From an uncultured Candidatus Rokubacteria bacterium (lineage in GTDB: Bacteria; Methylomirabilota; Methylomirabilia; Rokubacteriales; CSP1-6), in assembly GCA_963754315.1 (NCBI GenBank), contig CAVWFS010000006.1, positions 173,759 through 237,758 of the forward strand: DNA of 64,000 nucleotides. Direction: 5' to 3'. Positions 33,727 through 42,420 of the stretch are shown here, in pieces. The translations under genes were made by a program, and so were the position numbers. Positions within the stretch are counted from its first letter, which is position 1; each line of letters starts with the position of its first letter. The notes below the pieces were generated by a model. It saw only the letters and a list, made by a program, of their open reading frames with translations. It ran no database searches and was not told the DNA's origin.

Positions 33727-34911
33727 TCAGTCGGCGCGCAGCAGCAAGCCGTTCAGATAACGGGTCTCTGGGACCGTCAGGAGCACCGGATGGTCGACGG
33801 CCTGGGCTAGTGGCTCCACGACCCAGAGCGAGAGACGAGCATCGGCGGCTGCTTCGCGGCAGATCTCCTCGAGGCGCGCCCCTGTGACGTGATGGGAGCA
33901 TGCGAACGTCATCAGATGGCCGCCGGGAGCCAGCAAGCGCATCGCCCGCAGGTTGATTTCTTTGTAGCCGCGCATCGCTGCCGGCAGGGCCGCCCGGGAC
34001 GGCGCGAACGGCGGGGGATCGAGGACGATCAGGCCGAAGCGGACCCGCTCGCGCTCGAGTCGTCGCAGCTCGTCAAAGGCGTTACCCCCGCGTATTTCGC
34101 CCGCGCCAGCCAACCCATTGAGCGCGAGGTTCGCGTCGGCCCCCTTGATGGCCTCAGGCGAGGATTCCAGGCACACAGCCCGCCGCGCCCCACCTCGGAG
34201 GGCATGGCAAGCGAAGCCGGCCGTGTACGAGAAGGCGTCGAGCATGTCGCAGTCGCGGGCCAGAGAGGCCGCCCGTCGCCGGTTTTCCGCCTGGTCCAGG
34301 TAGAGACCGGTCTTGTGCCCGGCGCCTAGGCTCACCCGCAGCCGTGCGATGCCCTCGTCCACGATCACGTCGGCGGGACCGGGCCGATCGAACCACCCCC
34401 GTTCCGGAGCGAATCCCTCCAGGGCTGCCGGCGCCGCCTCGTCGGCGTTGAGCACGGGCCAATCGCCGAGGAGCGAGCGCAACGCGGCTATCAGCAGGGG
34501 CCGAACGCTGGACATCCCGAGGGTTTGACACTGCAGGACCAGGACGGCCCCGTAGCGATCCACGACCAGCCCTGGAAGCATGTCGGCTTCGCTCCACACG
34601 AGCCGGCCGGCGGTCACGAGGGAAGATGTCATCGCTCCTGATCGACCTGACCGGCGGAGGGCTGCCTCGAGCCTGCTGTGGAAGAAGGCGAGATCAAGGG
34701 GCTCGTCGCGGCGGGTGAGGATGCGACAGCAGAGAGCAGGGCGAGGGTTATAGAACCCGCGGCCCACGAAGCGCGCGGAGGCATCCACAACCGTCAGCGC
34801 GGTGCCCGGCGCGACGTCGCTGACGTCGGCCACATCGGCCTTGAAGATCCAGGGATGGACGCGCGCGCGGTCGTGATCGCGCTTCAGCCTGAGCGCGGGG
34901 TGTGCTGTCAT
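33727..34911 (-). CDS. RlmI/RlmK-type rRNA methyltransferase
   Basis: PUA-like HPWIF, SEADMLPGLVVDRYG, HKTGLYLDQ, LDPPPFA, PETRYL. Confidence 0.9.
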   Translation of the reverse strand: MTAHPALRLKRDHDRARVHPWIFKADVADVSDVAPGTALTVVDASARFVGRGFYNPRPALCCRILTRRDEPLDLAFFHSRLEAALRRSGRSGAMTSSLVTAGRLVWSEADMLPGLVVDRYGAVLVLQCQTLGMSSVRPLLIAALRSLLGDWPVLNADEAAPAALEGFAPERGWFDRPGPADVIVDEGIARLRVSLGAGHKTGLYLDQAENRRRAASLARDCDMLDAFSYTAGFACHALRGGARRAVCLESSPEAIKGADANLALNGLAGAGEIRGGNAFDELRRLERERVRFGLIVLDPPPFAPSRAALPAAMRGYKEINLRAMRLLAPGGHLMTFACSHHVTGARLEEICREAAADARLSLWVVEPLAQAVDHPVLLTVPETRYLNGLLLRAD

Positions 34912-35100
34912 GGTATTGGATCGCGCTGTGGGTGAACCGCCGTTTCCAGACAGCTCTCGGGCGGGCATTGCGAGAAGGGCTGCCTCCCGACGAGACGATC
35001 CGCGCCTACGAGACGATCTACTTTCCGGCGCAGCGAATCCACTTCGTCCGGCACGACCCGCGCGGAGCGGCCGACCTCATCATTGCCAACGATCCCCGGC

Positions 35101-35895
35101 TCATCGCCGCCGACCCTTCCTCCGGAGGACGACCACCATCAGCAGCGGGTGACGGGAACGCTCCAGCACCTGGTGGTGCTTGAAGCCGAAGAACCACTGG
35201 ACGAACTCGAACCCGCCGGCCAGTTCGACGAGCGCCTTCATCTCCTGCGGAAAGACCATGCGGGATGAGTGGGTCTGCCGGTACAGGCGCCGGGTACCAT
35301 TCTCGATCGCCTCCAAGGTCATCTTCTCGCGGAAGACCTGGGTGACAGGATTGAGATCATGGAGTGCCGAGAAGGAGGCGCGCACGATCAGGCTGCCCCG
35401 CCGCTTGGACCACGACCAGCTCCGGGCCGGATCGGTCCAGGACGATGCCATGTAGCGGTCGAAGACGTAGATGCCGCCCGGCCGAAGATTGGCCGCCACG
35501 GCCCGGAAATGGCTCAGGAGGGCCTCGTTCGTGAGCAGGTGACCCTGCGAGTCCTGCATGCAGATGGCGGCGTCCACGGGACGGGACAGGCGGAAGGCGG
35601 TCATGTCGCCGACGGTCAGCTCACCCTCGTACCCCTTGGCGGCGAGCCGCTGGCGCAGGAATTCGACGTTGCGACTGGATAGATCGAGGCCGGCCATGTG
35701 ATAACCACGCGCGGCGAGCCGCATCAGGTGGGGGCCGGTGCCGCACGCAATGTCGAGGACCCGGCGGACGGGGACGCGGGCGTAACTCCTGAAGCACTGC
35801 ACGAGAAAGTCCACCTCGGCCCGGCGATTCAGGTCGAAGGCGATCTCGTAGAGGCGGGGTGCCGTGTACTCGCGTGCTTGGCGTCGGGCCTTCAC
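35101..35895 (-). CDS. Class I SAM-dependent methyltransferase
   Basis: VLDIACGTG, GLDLS, GDMTAF, LRPGGIYVFD; GTGA overlap with agmatinase stop. Confidence 0.88.
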   Translation of the reverse strand: MKARRQAREYTAPRLYEIAFDLNRRAEVDFLVQCFRSYARVPVRRVLDIACGTGPHLMRLAARGYHMAGLDLSSRNVEFLRQRLAAKGYEGELTVGDMTAFRLSRPVDAAICMQDSQGHLLTNEALLSHFRAVAANLRPGGIYVFDRYMASSWTDPARSWSWSKRRGSLIVRASFSALHDLNPVTQVFREKMTLEAIENGTRRLYRQTHSSRMVFPQEMKALVELAGGFEFVQWFFGFKHHQVLERSRHPLLMVVVLRRKGRRR

Positions 35896-36776
35896 GGTGT
35901 GGCCGTGGGGTGAGCCAGGGAGCCCCACCACGAGAGGATCGCCTCGCGAATGACCCAGGAGGCGGCGATGCCGGTCCGCCCGCTCGGGTCCCAGGCGTGG
36001 GTCACCTCGACCAGGTCTCCCCCGATCACGGGACACGCGCCCAGCATTCGCACGATGTCGATCAGCTCGGACACACGGATCCCGCATGGTTCTGGCGAGC
36101 CCGTGCCGGGCGCCTCTGAGGGGTCCAGGACGTCGACGTCGATGGTGACATAGAGTGGATGCACGGCCAGCTCCGGTAGAAGGCGGCGCACCGCCTCCAC
36201 CGGATCGACCTCGAACGCCGGGAAGAAGCGCGGTCCGCGGCGCGCGTACTCCTCCCGGGCGCCCGTTCTGATGCCCACCTGGTAGACCCGAGCGGGCGGA
36301 ATGACATCCATCACCCGTGCCATCGCCGAGGCATAGTTGTAGCGCTCGCCAAGGAACTGGTCACGCAGATCGGGATGGGCGTCGAGCTGGAGCACCCGCA
36401 GCTCGGGGAAGTGAGGCGCGAGGGCTTCGATCACGGGCACCGTCGCCGTGTGATCCCCGCCGAGCATGAACGGAATGAGCCCCGGACGCCACCACGCGGC
36501 GATCTCCGCCCGGGCTGCCTCCAGCTGCTCGCGCGGAGGGGCGCCGTCCGGGAGCTCACAATCGCCGAGGTCGGCCAGCGGCATATCCTCCAGGTCGAGA
36601 CCGAGCACAGGCGAGTACGTCTCGATGGAGTCGGAGGCGAGACGGAGGTCTCGGGGACCGCTGTCGGCTCCCTTGCGGAGGTTGACGCGCCCCTCGAATG
36701 GTAGGCCGTAGAGGACGATGGCGGCCGCCGACAGGGGCCGGTGACAGGCGATGAAGCGTGGAACCGCCGGTCGCAC
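35892..36776 (-). CDS. speB: Agmatinase (ureohydrolase family)
   Basis: LGGDHT, DAHPD, DVDVLDPSEAPGTG, DLVE motifs. Confidence 0.92.
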   Translation of the reverse strand: MRPAVPRFIACHRPLSAAAIVLYGLPFEGRVNLRKGADSGPRDLRLASDSIETYSPVLGLDLEDMPLADLGDCELPDGAPPREQLEAARAEIAAWWRPGLIPFMLGGDHTATVPVIEALAPHFPELRVLQLDAHPDLRDQFLGERYNYASAMARVMDVIPPARVYQVGIRTGAREEYARRGPRFFPAFEVDPVEAVRRLLPELAVHPLYVTIDVDVLDPSEAPGTGSPEPCGIRVSELIDIVRMLGACPVIGGDLVEVTHAWDPSGRTGIAASWVIREAILSWWGSLAHPTATP

Positions 36777-36798
36777 GGCGCCGCTCCCGCCGGCGCCG

Positions 36799-37278
36799 CT
36801 AGACGAGATCCTCGTCGGCGAGAAGGGTGATGGCGGCCAGCGCGCAGCCGATGCGCTCCACTCGGTGCTCGGCCGCGAAAATCTTCTTCTCCCGGATCAC
36901 CTCGCCCCGCACCCTGAACGCTTCCTCAAGCATCGTGTCGATCGCCCGCTCGGCCTCCAGCTGGGTCGCCACGCCGTGGAACTCCATGATGACCCCATTC
37001 TTGGCCGGATCGTCGGGGAGGGCGTAACCGACCGCTGCCGCCAGCATCTCGCCCGGTGTCTCGCTCGTGATGGCGGCGTATGCGGTGGGGACGATGGCGC
37101 CCAGGCGAATCTTGGGAAGCTCGACGACGGCCACCTCGGGCGGGAGGATGCTCGAGACCTTGATGAGGTTGATGTTGCCAATCCCCGCGGCCAGCAGCGC
37201 GTTGTCGAACGCGTTGAGGCTGCTCCCGCCCTCCGCGTGTCCGGCGGTCGCCGCCGCCATGGTGATTCGCCTCGTCAT
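36799..37278 (-). CDS. pdaD: Pyruvoyl-dependent arginine decarboxylase
   Basis: LNAFDNALLAAGIGNINLIKVSSILP with Ser-Ser autocleavage site, GVIME; AAGGAGG RBS. Confidence 0.92.
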   Translation of the reverse strand: MTRRITMAAATAGHAEGGSSLNAFDNALLAAGIGNINLIKVSSILPPEVAVVELPKIRLGAIVPTAYAAITSETPGEMLAAAVGYALPDDPAKNGVIMEFHGVATQLEAERAIDTMLEEAFRVRGEVIREKKIFAAEHRVERIGCALAAITLLADEDLV

Positions 37279-37301
37279 CCGTTCCTCCTTCGGAAAATCC
37301 A

Positions 37302-37388
37302 TGTCACTGTACCGAGCGTCGGCGGGAATGCAAGCGAAAAGTGCGTAGTTTTTGCTTGCAATCACCCCCCCCCAACCCTACAGTGACA
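37302..37388. promoter_or_regulatory. Back-to-back mirror-image sigma-70 promoters for pdaD and speD operons
   Basis: Plus: TTGCAA(37356-61)-N17-TACAGT(37379-84); minus: TTGCAT(37333-28)-N16-TACAGT(37311-06); both continue GACA. Confidence 0.7.
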
Positions 37389-37488
37389 GAGGTTTCCGCC
37401 GCGGCGGGAAAATTTCCCTGAAGACAACGGCGACGAGATGCGTCGCAGGAGATGTGCTGTAGATGAACGGAACGAGGAGGAACATGGA

Positions 37489-37884
37489 TTGAACGCGTTG
37501 GGAAGACACCTGCTGCTCGAGTTGTTCGATTGCGATTTCGACGCCATCGCCAATCTCGAGACCGTGAAGAGCGCGCTGGTCGAAGGGGCGCGGCGCGCGC
37601 ACGCCACCATCGTGGATGTGGTCTTCCACGAGTTCAACCCCTTCGGGATCAGCGGCGTGGTGGTGATCGCGGAATCCCACCTTTCGATCCATACCTGGCC
37701 GGAGCATCGCTACGCCGCCGTGGACATCTTCTCCTGTGGAGAGACGCTCAAGCCGGAGATCGCCGCCAACTATCTGGTGGAGCAGTTCGGCGCCGAGCGG
37801 ACCTCGGTCGTCGAGCTCCAGCGGGGCCTCTTCCTCAACGCGGGAACGCCCCTCCCCAACAAGGGTCCCCTCGCCGTTCGGTGA
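37489..37884 (+). CDS. speD: S-adenosylmethionine decarboxylase proenzyme
   Basis: LGRHLLLE, GISGVVVIAESHLSIHTWPE, AAVDIFSCG; TTG start after GAGGAGG. Confidence 0.95.
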   Translation: MNALGRHLLLELFDCDFDAIANLETVKSALVEGARRAHATIVDVVFHEFNPFGISGVVVIAESHLSIHTWPEHRYAAVDIFSCGETLKPEIAANYLVEQFGAERTSVVELQRGLFLNAGTPLPNKGPLAVR

Positions 37885-37903
37885 GGGGGGCGACGGTCGG
37901 CGC

Positions 37904-38827
37904 GTGATGATCAACCCGAAGTCCTACAAATGGTTTCTGGAAACGACGACCCCCGTCGAGGGGCACATGCATGCCATCGTGCGGACCCTCGTCGAGGCCC
38001 AGACGAAGTTCCAGCACGTCGAGATCATCGAGACGGCCTCCTACGGCAAGGCGCTCATCCTCGACGGTCGCATCCAGAGCAGTCAGGCCGACGAGTTCGT
38101 CTATCACGAGGCGCTGGTCCATCCCGGCTTGCTGATCTCGAGCGCCCCCCCGTCCAGCGCGCTCGTCATCGGGGGAGGGGAGGGCGCCACCGTGCGCGAA
38201 ATCCTCCGCCACCCGTCCATCCGGCGCGTGGTCATGGTCGACATCGACGCTGAGGTGGTCGACCTCTGCCAGCGGTACCTCCCCGAGATGCACCAGGGCG
38301 CCTTCACCGATCCCCGCACCGAGTTCCGCGCCGAGGACGCGCGTGGCTACCTGGAGCGTACGGCCGAGCGCTTCGATCTGATCGTGATCGACCTGGTCGA
38401 GCCCCTGGAAGAGGGACCCGCCTGCCTGCTTTTCACCCGGGAGTTCTACACGCTCGTGAGAGAGCGCCTCACCCCGGGCGGGGCCATGACCATGCAAGCA
38501 GGCATGACGAAAATCGGGGAGATCGACTTCTTCACCAGCATCAACCGCACCTTGCGTGATGTCTTCCCGGTGGTGGCTGGCTACCAGACGTTCATCTCGT
38601 GCTTCGGGACCCCCTGGGGATTCATCCTCGCGTCGCGCGAGAACGATCCCTGCGCCCAGAGTCCGGAAACCGTCGATCGGCTCGTCACGGAGCGCGTCCA
38701 GGGGGAGCTCGCGTACTGGGACGGCCGCACACACGTACACGCCTTCAACCTGCCGAAGTTCCTTCGCCGCGCCATTGACGCCCAGACTCGTATCGTCACC
38801 GACACAAACCCTCTCATCGTGAGTTGA
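37904..38827 (+). CDS. speE: Polyamine aminopropyltransferase (spermidine synthase family)
   Basis: TKFQ, LILDGRIQS, DEFVYHEALVHP, IGGGEGATVRE, MVDID. Confidence 0.93.
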   Translation: MMINPKSYKWFLETTTPVEGHMHAIVRTLVEAQTKFQHVEIIETASYGKALILDGRIQSSQADEFVYHEALVHPGLLISSAPPSSALVIGGGEGATVREILRHPSIRRVVMVDIDAEVVDLCQRYLPEMHQGAFTDPRTEFRAEDARGYLERTAERFDLIVIDLVEPLEEGPACLLFTREFYTLVRERLTPGGAMTMQAGMTKIGEIDFFTSINRTLRDVFPVVAGYQTFISCFGTPWGFILASRENDPCAQSPETVDRLVTERVQGELAYWDGRTHVHAFNLPKFLRRAIDAQTRIVTDTNPLIVS

Positions 38828-38833
38828 CGGGTG

Positions 38834-38852
38834 GGGAGCCCGGTGCTCCCCC
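38834..38852 (+). terminator. Hairpin after speE (no U tract)
   Basis: GGGGAGC-CCGGT-GCTCCCC. Confidence 0.35.
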
Positions 38853-38880
38853 GCCCCCGGCGCGCCACGCGTGACGATCG

Positions 38881-39480
38881 GTGATGAATCCCGGGCCGCG
38901 CCTGATCCTGGCCTCCGCCTCCCCGAGACGCCGCGAGTTGCTCGGGTTCCTCTGCGCCGAATTCGAGGTGGTGGTGAGCGGCGTGGACGAGACTCTGGAT
39001 GCCCCTGCGTCGGGGCTCGCGGCCTCCCGCCTCGCCCTGCGCAAGGCCCGCGCCGTCGCGGCTCGAGTCGGCCACGGCGTGGTGTTGGCCGCCGATACGC
39101 TCGTCGTGGCAGAGGGCGAGTCGCTTGGTAAGCCCGCCGGGCCGGACGAGGCGCGCGCGATGCTCACACGTCTCTCCGGCCGCGCCCATCACGTCATCAC
39201 CGGCGTGGCGGTGGTCGAGGCCGAGACGAACCGGGAGCGATGCGAGGCTGCAACGAGCTCAGTCTTCATGCAGGAGCTGGGATCGGCCGAGATCGACGCG
39301 TACGTGGCGAGCGGCGAACCTCTGGACAAGGCCGGGGCCTACGCCATCCAGGGGCGCGGGGGACGCTTCGTCACAGCCCTGTTCGGCTCGTACTCGAATG
39401 TGGTTGGCCTCCCATTACCCCAGGCGCGAGCGCTTCTCGCCGCCTTTGGAGTGCCGGTGGCCAGCGCGCCCTCAGCGTGA
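38881..39480 (+). CDS. maf: Maf family nucleotide pyrophosphatase
   Basis: ILASASPRRRELL, AADT, GKP, DKAGAYAIQG, NVVGLP. Confidence 0.95.
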   Translation: MMNPGPRLILASASPRRRELLGFLCAEFEVVVSGVDETLDAPASGLAASRLALRKARAVAARVGHGVVLAADTLVVAEGESLGKPAGPDEARAMLTRLSGRAHHVITGVAVVEAETNRERCEAATSSVFMQELGSAEIDAYVASGEPLDKAGAYAIQGRGGRFVTALFGSYSNVVGLPLPQARALLAAFGVPVASAPSA

Positions 39481-40435
39481 TCGGGTGAGCGCGCGGCGCA
39501 GAGGTTCGAGGTAGAGCATGTCCTCAGGTCGGGGGAGCGTGAGGGAGGCCGGTAAGGGCAGGTGAGCGACGATGAGCTCGATCGTTCGCCTCAGCTGGGC
39601 GGGGCTCACGCGGCCTTCGGGGAGATAGATTCCTTTCGTGGCAGCCAGCCTCGTCTCGAACTCCTGCGGGGTGCCCACGATGCGGGCCGGGAGCCGCTCC
39701 GCCAGCGACGGTGCCGAGCCGCTGCGGATCCGCTCCTCGGCAGCGAGGAGGGCGTAGGCGAACGCGGCCAGATCTGCGTCGCTGACCTTGCGCTCACGCC
39801 GAGTGAAGACAGCGGCGCTGACCGTCGGTGCCCCGAGCGCCGTCGTGACGCTCTCCGCAGTCCGGAGATCGGCCAGCAGCACGCCCGTTGCCGTCGGCGA
39901 GCATTCTGCTGGCTGTAGGCTCACCGACCATGCCCGCTTGAATCTCGCCGCTGTGAAGGGCACCCGGGAGCCCCCGCGCGCCGAGACTGATGAGCTGCAC
40001 CTGTGCGGGGTTCACCTTGGCCATGGCCAGAATCCCCAGGAGCCAGGTGTGTTCGGGCGCCCCCGGCGCGGAAAGACCAACCTTCGTCCCGGCGAGCTTG
40101 TCAACCGATTCCGGCTCGCCTGGTCTCGCGCTGGCTAGCAGGGCAACTGGCGGCGCGGCCGTGAGACCAAACACCAGACGGGGAGCGGGCACCGTTGGCC
40201 GAGTTCCGAAGCGCAGGAGCGCCTCCAGCGAGGTCGCAGCGAGGTCCACCTGGCCCTGGGCCAGGGCCTCGGCAGCGCCGACTTCGGCACGAGTCGAGCG
40301 GAGGGTGACATTGAGCCCTTCGCGCGTGAAGAGGCCTTCGGCCTCGGCCACCCAGAGCGGCAGGTACTCGGGTGACGTAGCCGGCCCGCTCACGGCGACG
40401 GTCAGTGCCTGCAAGAGTAGGATGAGGCCCAGCAT
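39472..40435 (-). CDS. NMT1/SsuA-type ABC substrate-binding protein (frameshift near 39880)
   Basis: YLPLWVAEAEGLFTREGLNV, ALAQGQVD, GTKVGLSAPG, AGMVGEP. Confidence 0.8.
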
Positions 40436-40496
40436 GGGGTCAGGGAGCCGAGCGCTCACGCACTGGCGACGGATCCCGGGCCCGCCGCGAGACGCC

Positions 40497-41408
40497 GTGA
40501 AGGCGCGCCTGCTGCGCCTGTACGTGGCTCTGGAGGGCTGGTTCGGCCCTCAGCGCTGGTGGCCGGCGCGGACCGCTTACGAGGTCGCCGCTGGCGCCAT
40601 CCTGACGCAGTTCACCTCCTGGCGTAACGCAAAGCGCGCCATCGGCGAGCTGCGTGCCCGGCGCTTGTTGAGCCCGGCGCGGCTGGCCGCTGTCAGCGAG
40701 GACGACCTCGGGCAGGCATTGCGGGTGGCTGGAACCTATCGCCTCAAGGCCCGGCGCCTGCGCGCGTTCACGGCATGGCTGCTCGAACGGTTCGATGGTC
40801 GCTTTGAGGAGATGCGACGTCTGCCCCTCGGAGCCTTGCGGCGGGATCTGCTGAGGATTCCTGGGGTAGGGCCCGAGACGGCTGACGTCATCTTGCTCTA
40901 CTCGGCGGGCCGTCCTGTATTCGTCGTCGACGAGTACGCGCGCCGTGTGCTCGCCCGTCACGGCGTCATGCGGCGCGGTCTTTCTTACGAGGCGGCCCGC
41001 GCGTTCCTGGAAGCACACCTGCCGTCGGACCCCGCCCTGTTCAACGAGTATCATGCACTGCTGGTAGCGGTCGGCAAGGCGTACTGCCGCGCCACGCCCG
41101 ACTGCGGGAACTGTCCGTTGCGTTTTGATCTATTAAGGTCGGGGGGAGCGAAGCGCCGGCCTCTTCGTGCGAAGGGGGCAACGCCCCCCCGGTCTCCCCC
41201 GGCCCGACACCCCCCACTTTCTGAAGTCGGGGGAGCGAAGCGCCGCTCCTCCCCGACACCCCCCACCGCCTTCGGAGAGCCAGGGAGGATCAAGGGGCAC
41301 GACCGTCGCGGACGGCGAGGACCAGGTCCGCCAGCCGCTCGGCGGCGTCGGGAACGGCCAAGGTCCGGGCGCGATCGCCCATCTCCTTCAGGTGGCCGGG
41401 ATCGCTGA
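40497..41408 (+). CDS. HhH-GPD endonuclease III-related glycosylase; conserved part ends near 41135, then reads through a repeat
   Basis: GPQRWWP, GAILTQ, LLRIPGVGPETADVILLY, VVDEY, EYHALLV, CRATPDCGNCPL. Confidence 0.88.
   Translation: MKARLLRLYVALEGWFGPQRWWPARTAYEVAAGAILTQFTSWRNAKRAIGELRARRLLSPARLAAVSEDDLGQALRVAGTYRLKARRLRAFTAWLLERFDGRFEEMRRLPLGALRRDLLRIPGVGPETADVILLYSAGRPVFVVDEYARRVLARHGVMRRGLSYEAARAFLEAHLPSDPALFNEYHALLVAVGKAYCRATPDCGNCPLRFDLLRSGGAKRRPLRAKGATPPRSPPARHPPLSEVGGAKRRSSPTPPTAFGEPGRIKGHDRRGRRGPGPPAARRRRERPRSGRDRPSPSGGRDR
41138..41266. repeat. Two copies of a second palindromic repeat
   Basis: GTCGGGGG(G)AGCGAAGCGCCG...CCCGACACCCCCCAC at 41138 and 41226; GTCGGG pairs with CCCGAC. 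Confidence 0.8.
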
Positions 41409-42420
41409 GCAGGTCTCGGACCGAGGCCACGAGGCTCGCGGGTGTGAGGGCCGCCTGCGGCAGCACCACCGCGCCGCCTGCTCGCTCGGCCAGGCGCGCA
41501 TTGGCCATCTGCTCGTTCCCGCTCGCACCGGGAAGGGGAACGTAGATCGCCGGTAGACCGAGCTGGCAGCATTCGTTGAGAGTTCCCGCCCCCGCCCGCG
41601 TCACCATCAGCGTCGTGGCGGCGTAAAGATCGCCGAGCTCCTCACCCACGAACGGCATGATCGTGTAGCGCGTGGCCTCCGCCGCTGGTAGGCGCGCCCG
41701 CCGATCCTCGAGCCACTGTCGATCGCCAGTCGCGGGGTTGTCGCCGCACTGGTGCACCACTTGCGCCTGCTCCAGGAGTTCCTCCAGCGCTTCGCCCACC
41801 ACACGATTGACCCGCGAGGCCCCCTGGGCCCCGCCCGTCACGTAGAGGAGGGGGAGAGAAGGATCGAGGCCAAAGCGGGCGATGGCAGCCTCACGGGAGC
41901 CGAGACGAAGCTCGGGTCGGAGGGGATTGCCCGTGAGCACCGTCCGCCGGGACGAGAAGTAGGGACGCGAGGCATCCCAGCTGACCGCGACTCGGCGCGC
42001 GACCTTGGCCGCCAGCCGATTGGCAACCCCCGGCACGCTCGTTTGCTCGTGGACGACGAGCGGGATGCGCAGGCTGGCGGCAGCCATAGCCACCGGAAGC
42101 GCCACGAAGCCACCCGTACCGAGGACGACGCTGGGCCGCAGGCGGCGCAGCAATCGCCAGGCCTGAGCGAATCCGGTGGGAACACGGACGACGAGGTCGG
42201 TTACGTTCTGCCAGTCCCAGTACCGGCGCAGCTTGCCTGTTGCAATGGAGTGATACGCGATACCGTGCTCGGGAACGCGTCGCGCCTCGAGACCGTTCGC
42301 GCTTCCGATCCAGAGGCAAGTCGCACCGCGAGCGCGGAGCGCGGACACAACGGCCAGTCCGGGACTCGTGTGCCCGCCGGTGCCCCCGCCGGCGATAACG
42401 ACGGGGCCAGCGGCCGTCAC
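41290..42420 (-). CDS. murG: UDP-GlcNAc:lipid I N-acetylglucosaminyltransferase
   Basis: AGGGTGGH, GTGGFV, HEQ, TGNPLR, GGAQGA, RAGAGT, EQMANA. Confidence 0.96.
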   Translation of the reverse strand: MTAAGPVVIAGGGTGGHTSPGLAVVSALRARGATCLWIGSANGLEARRVPEHGIAYHSIATGKLRRYWDWQNVTDLVVRVPTGFAQAWRLLRRLRPSVVLGTGGFVALPVAMAAASLRIPLVVHEQTSVPGVANRLAAKVARRVAVSWDASRPYFSSRRTVLTGNPLRPELRLGSREAAIARFGLDPSLPLLYVTGGAQGASRVNRVVGEALEELLEQAQVVHQCGDNPATGDRQWLEDRRARLPAAEATRYTIMPFVGEELGDLYAATTLMVTRAGAGTLNECCQLGLPAIYVPLPGASGNEQMANARLAERAGGAVVLPQAALTPASLVASVRDLLSDPGHLKEMGDRARTLAVPDAAERLADLVLAVRDGRAP

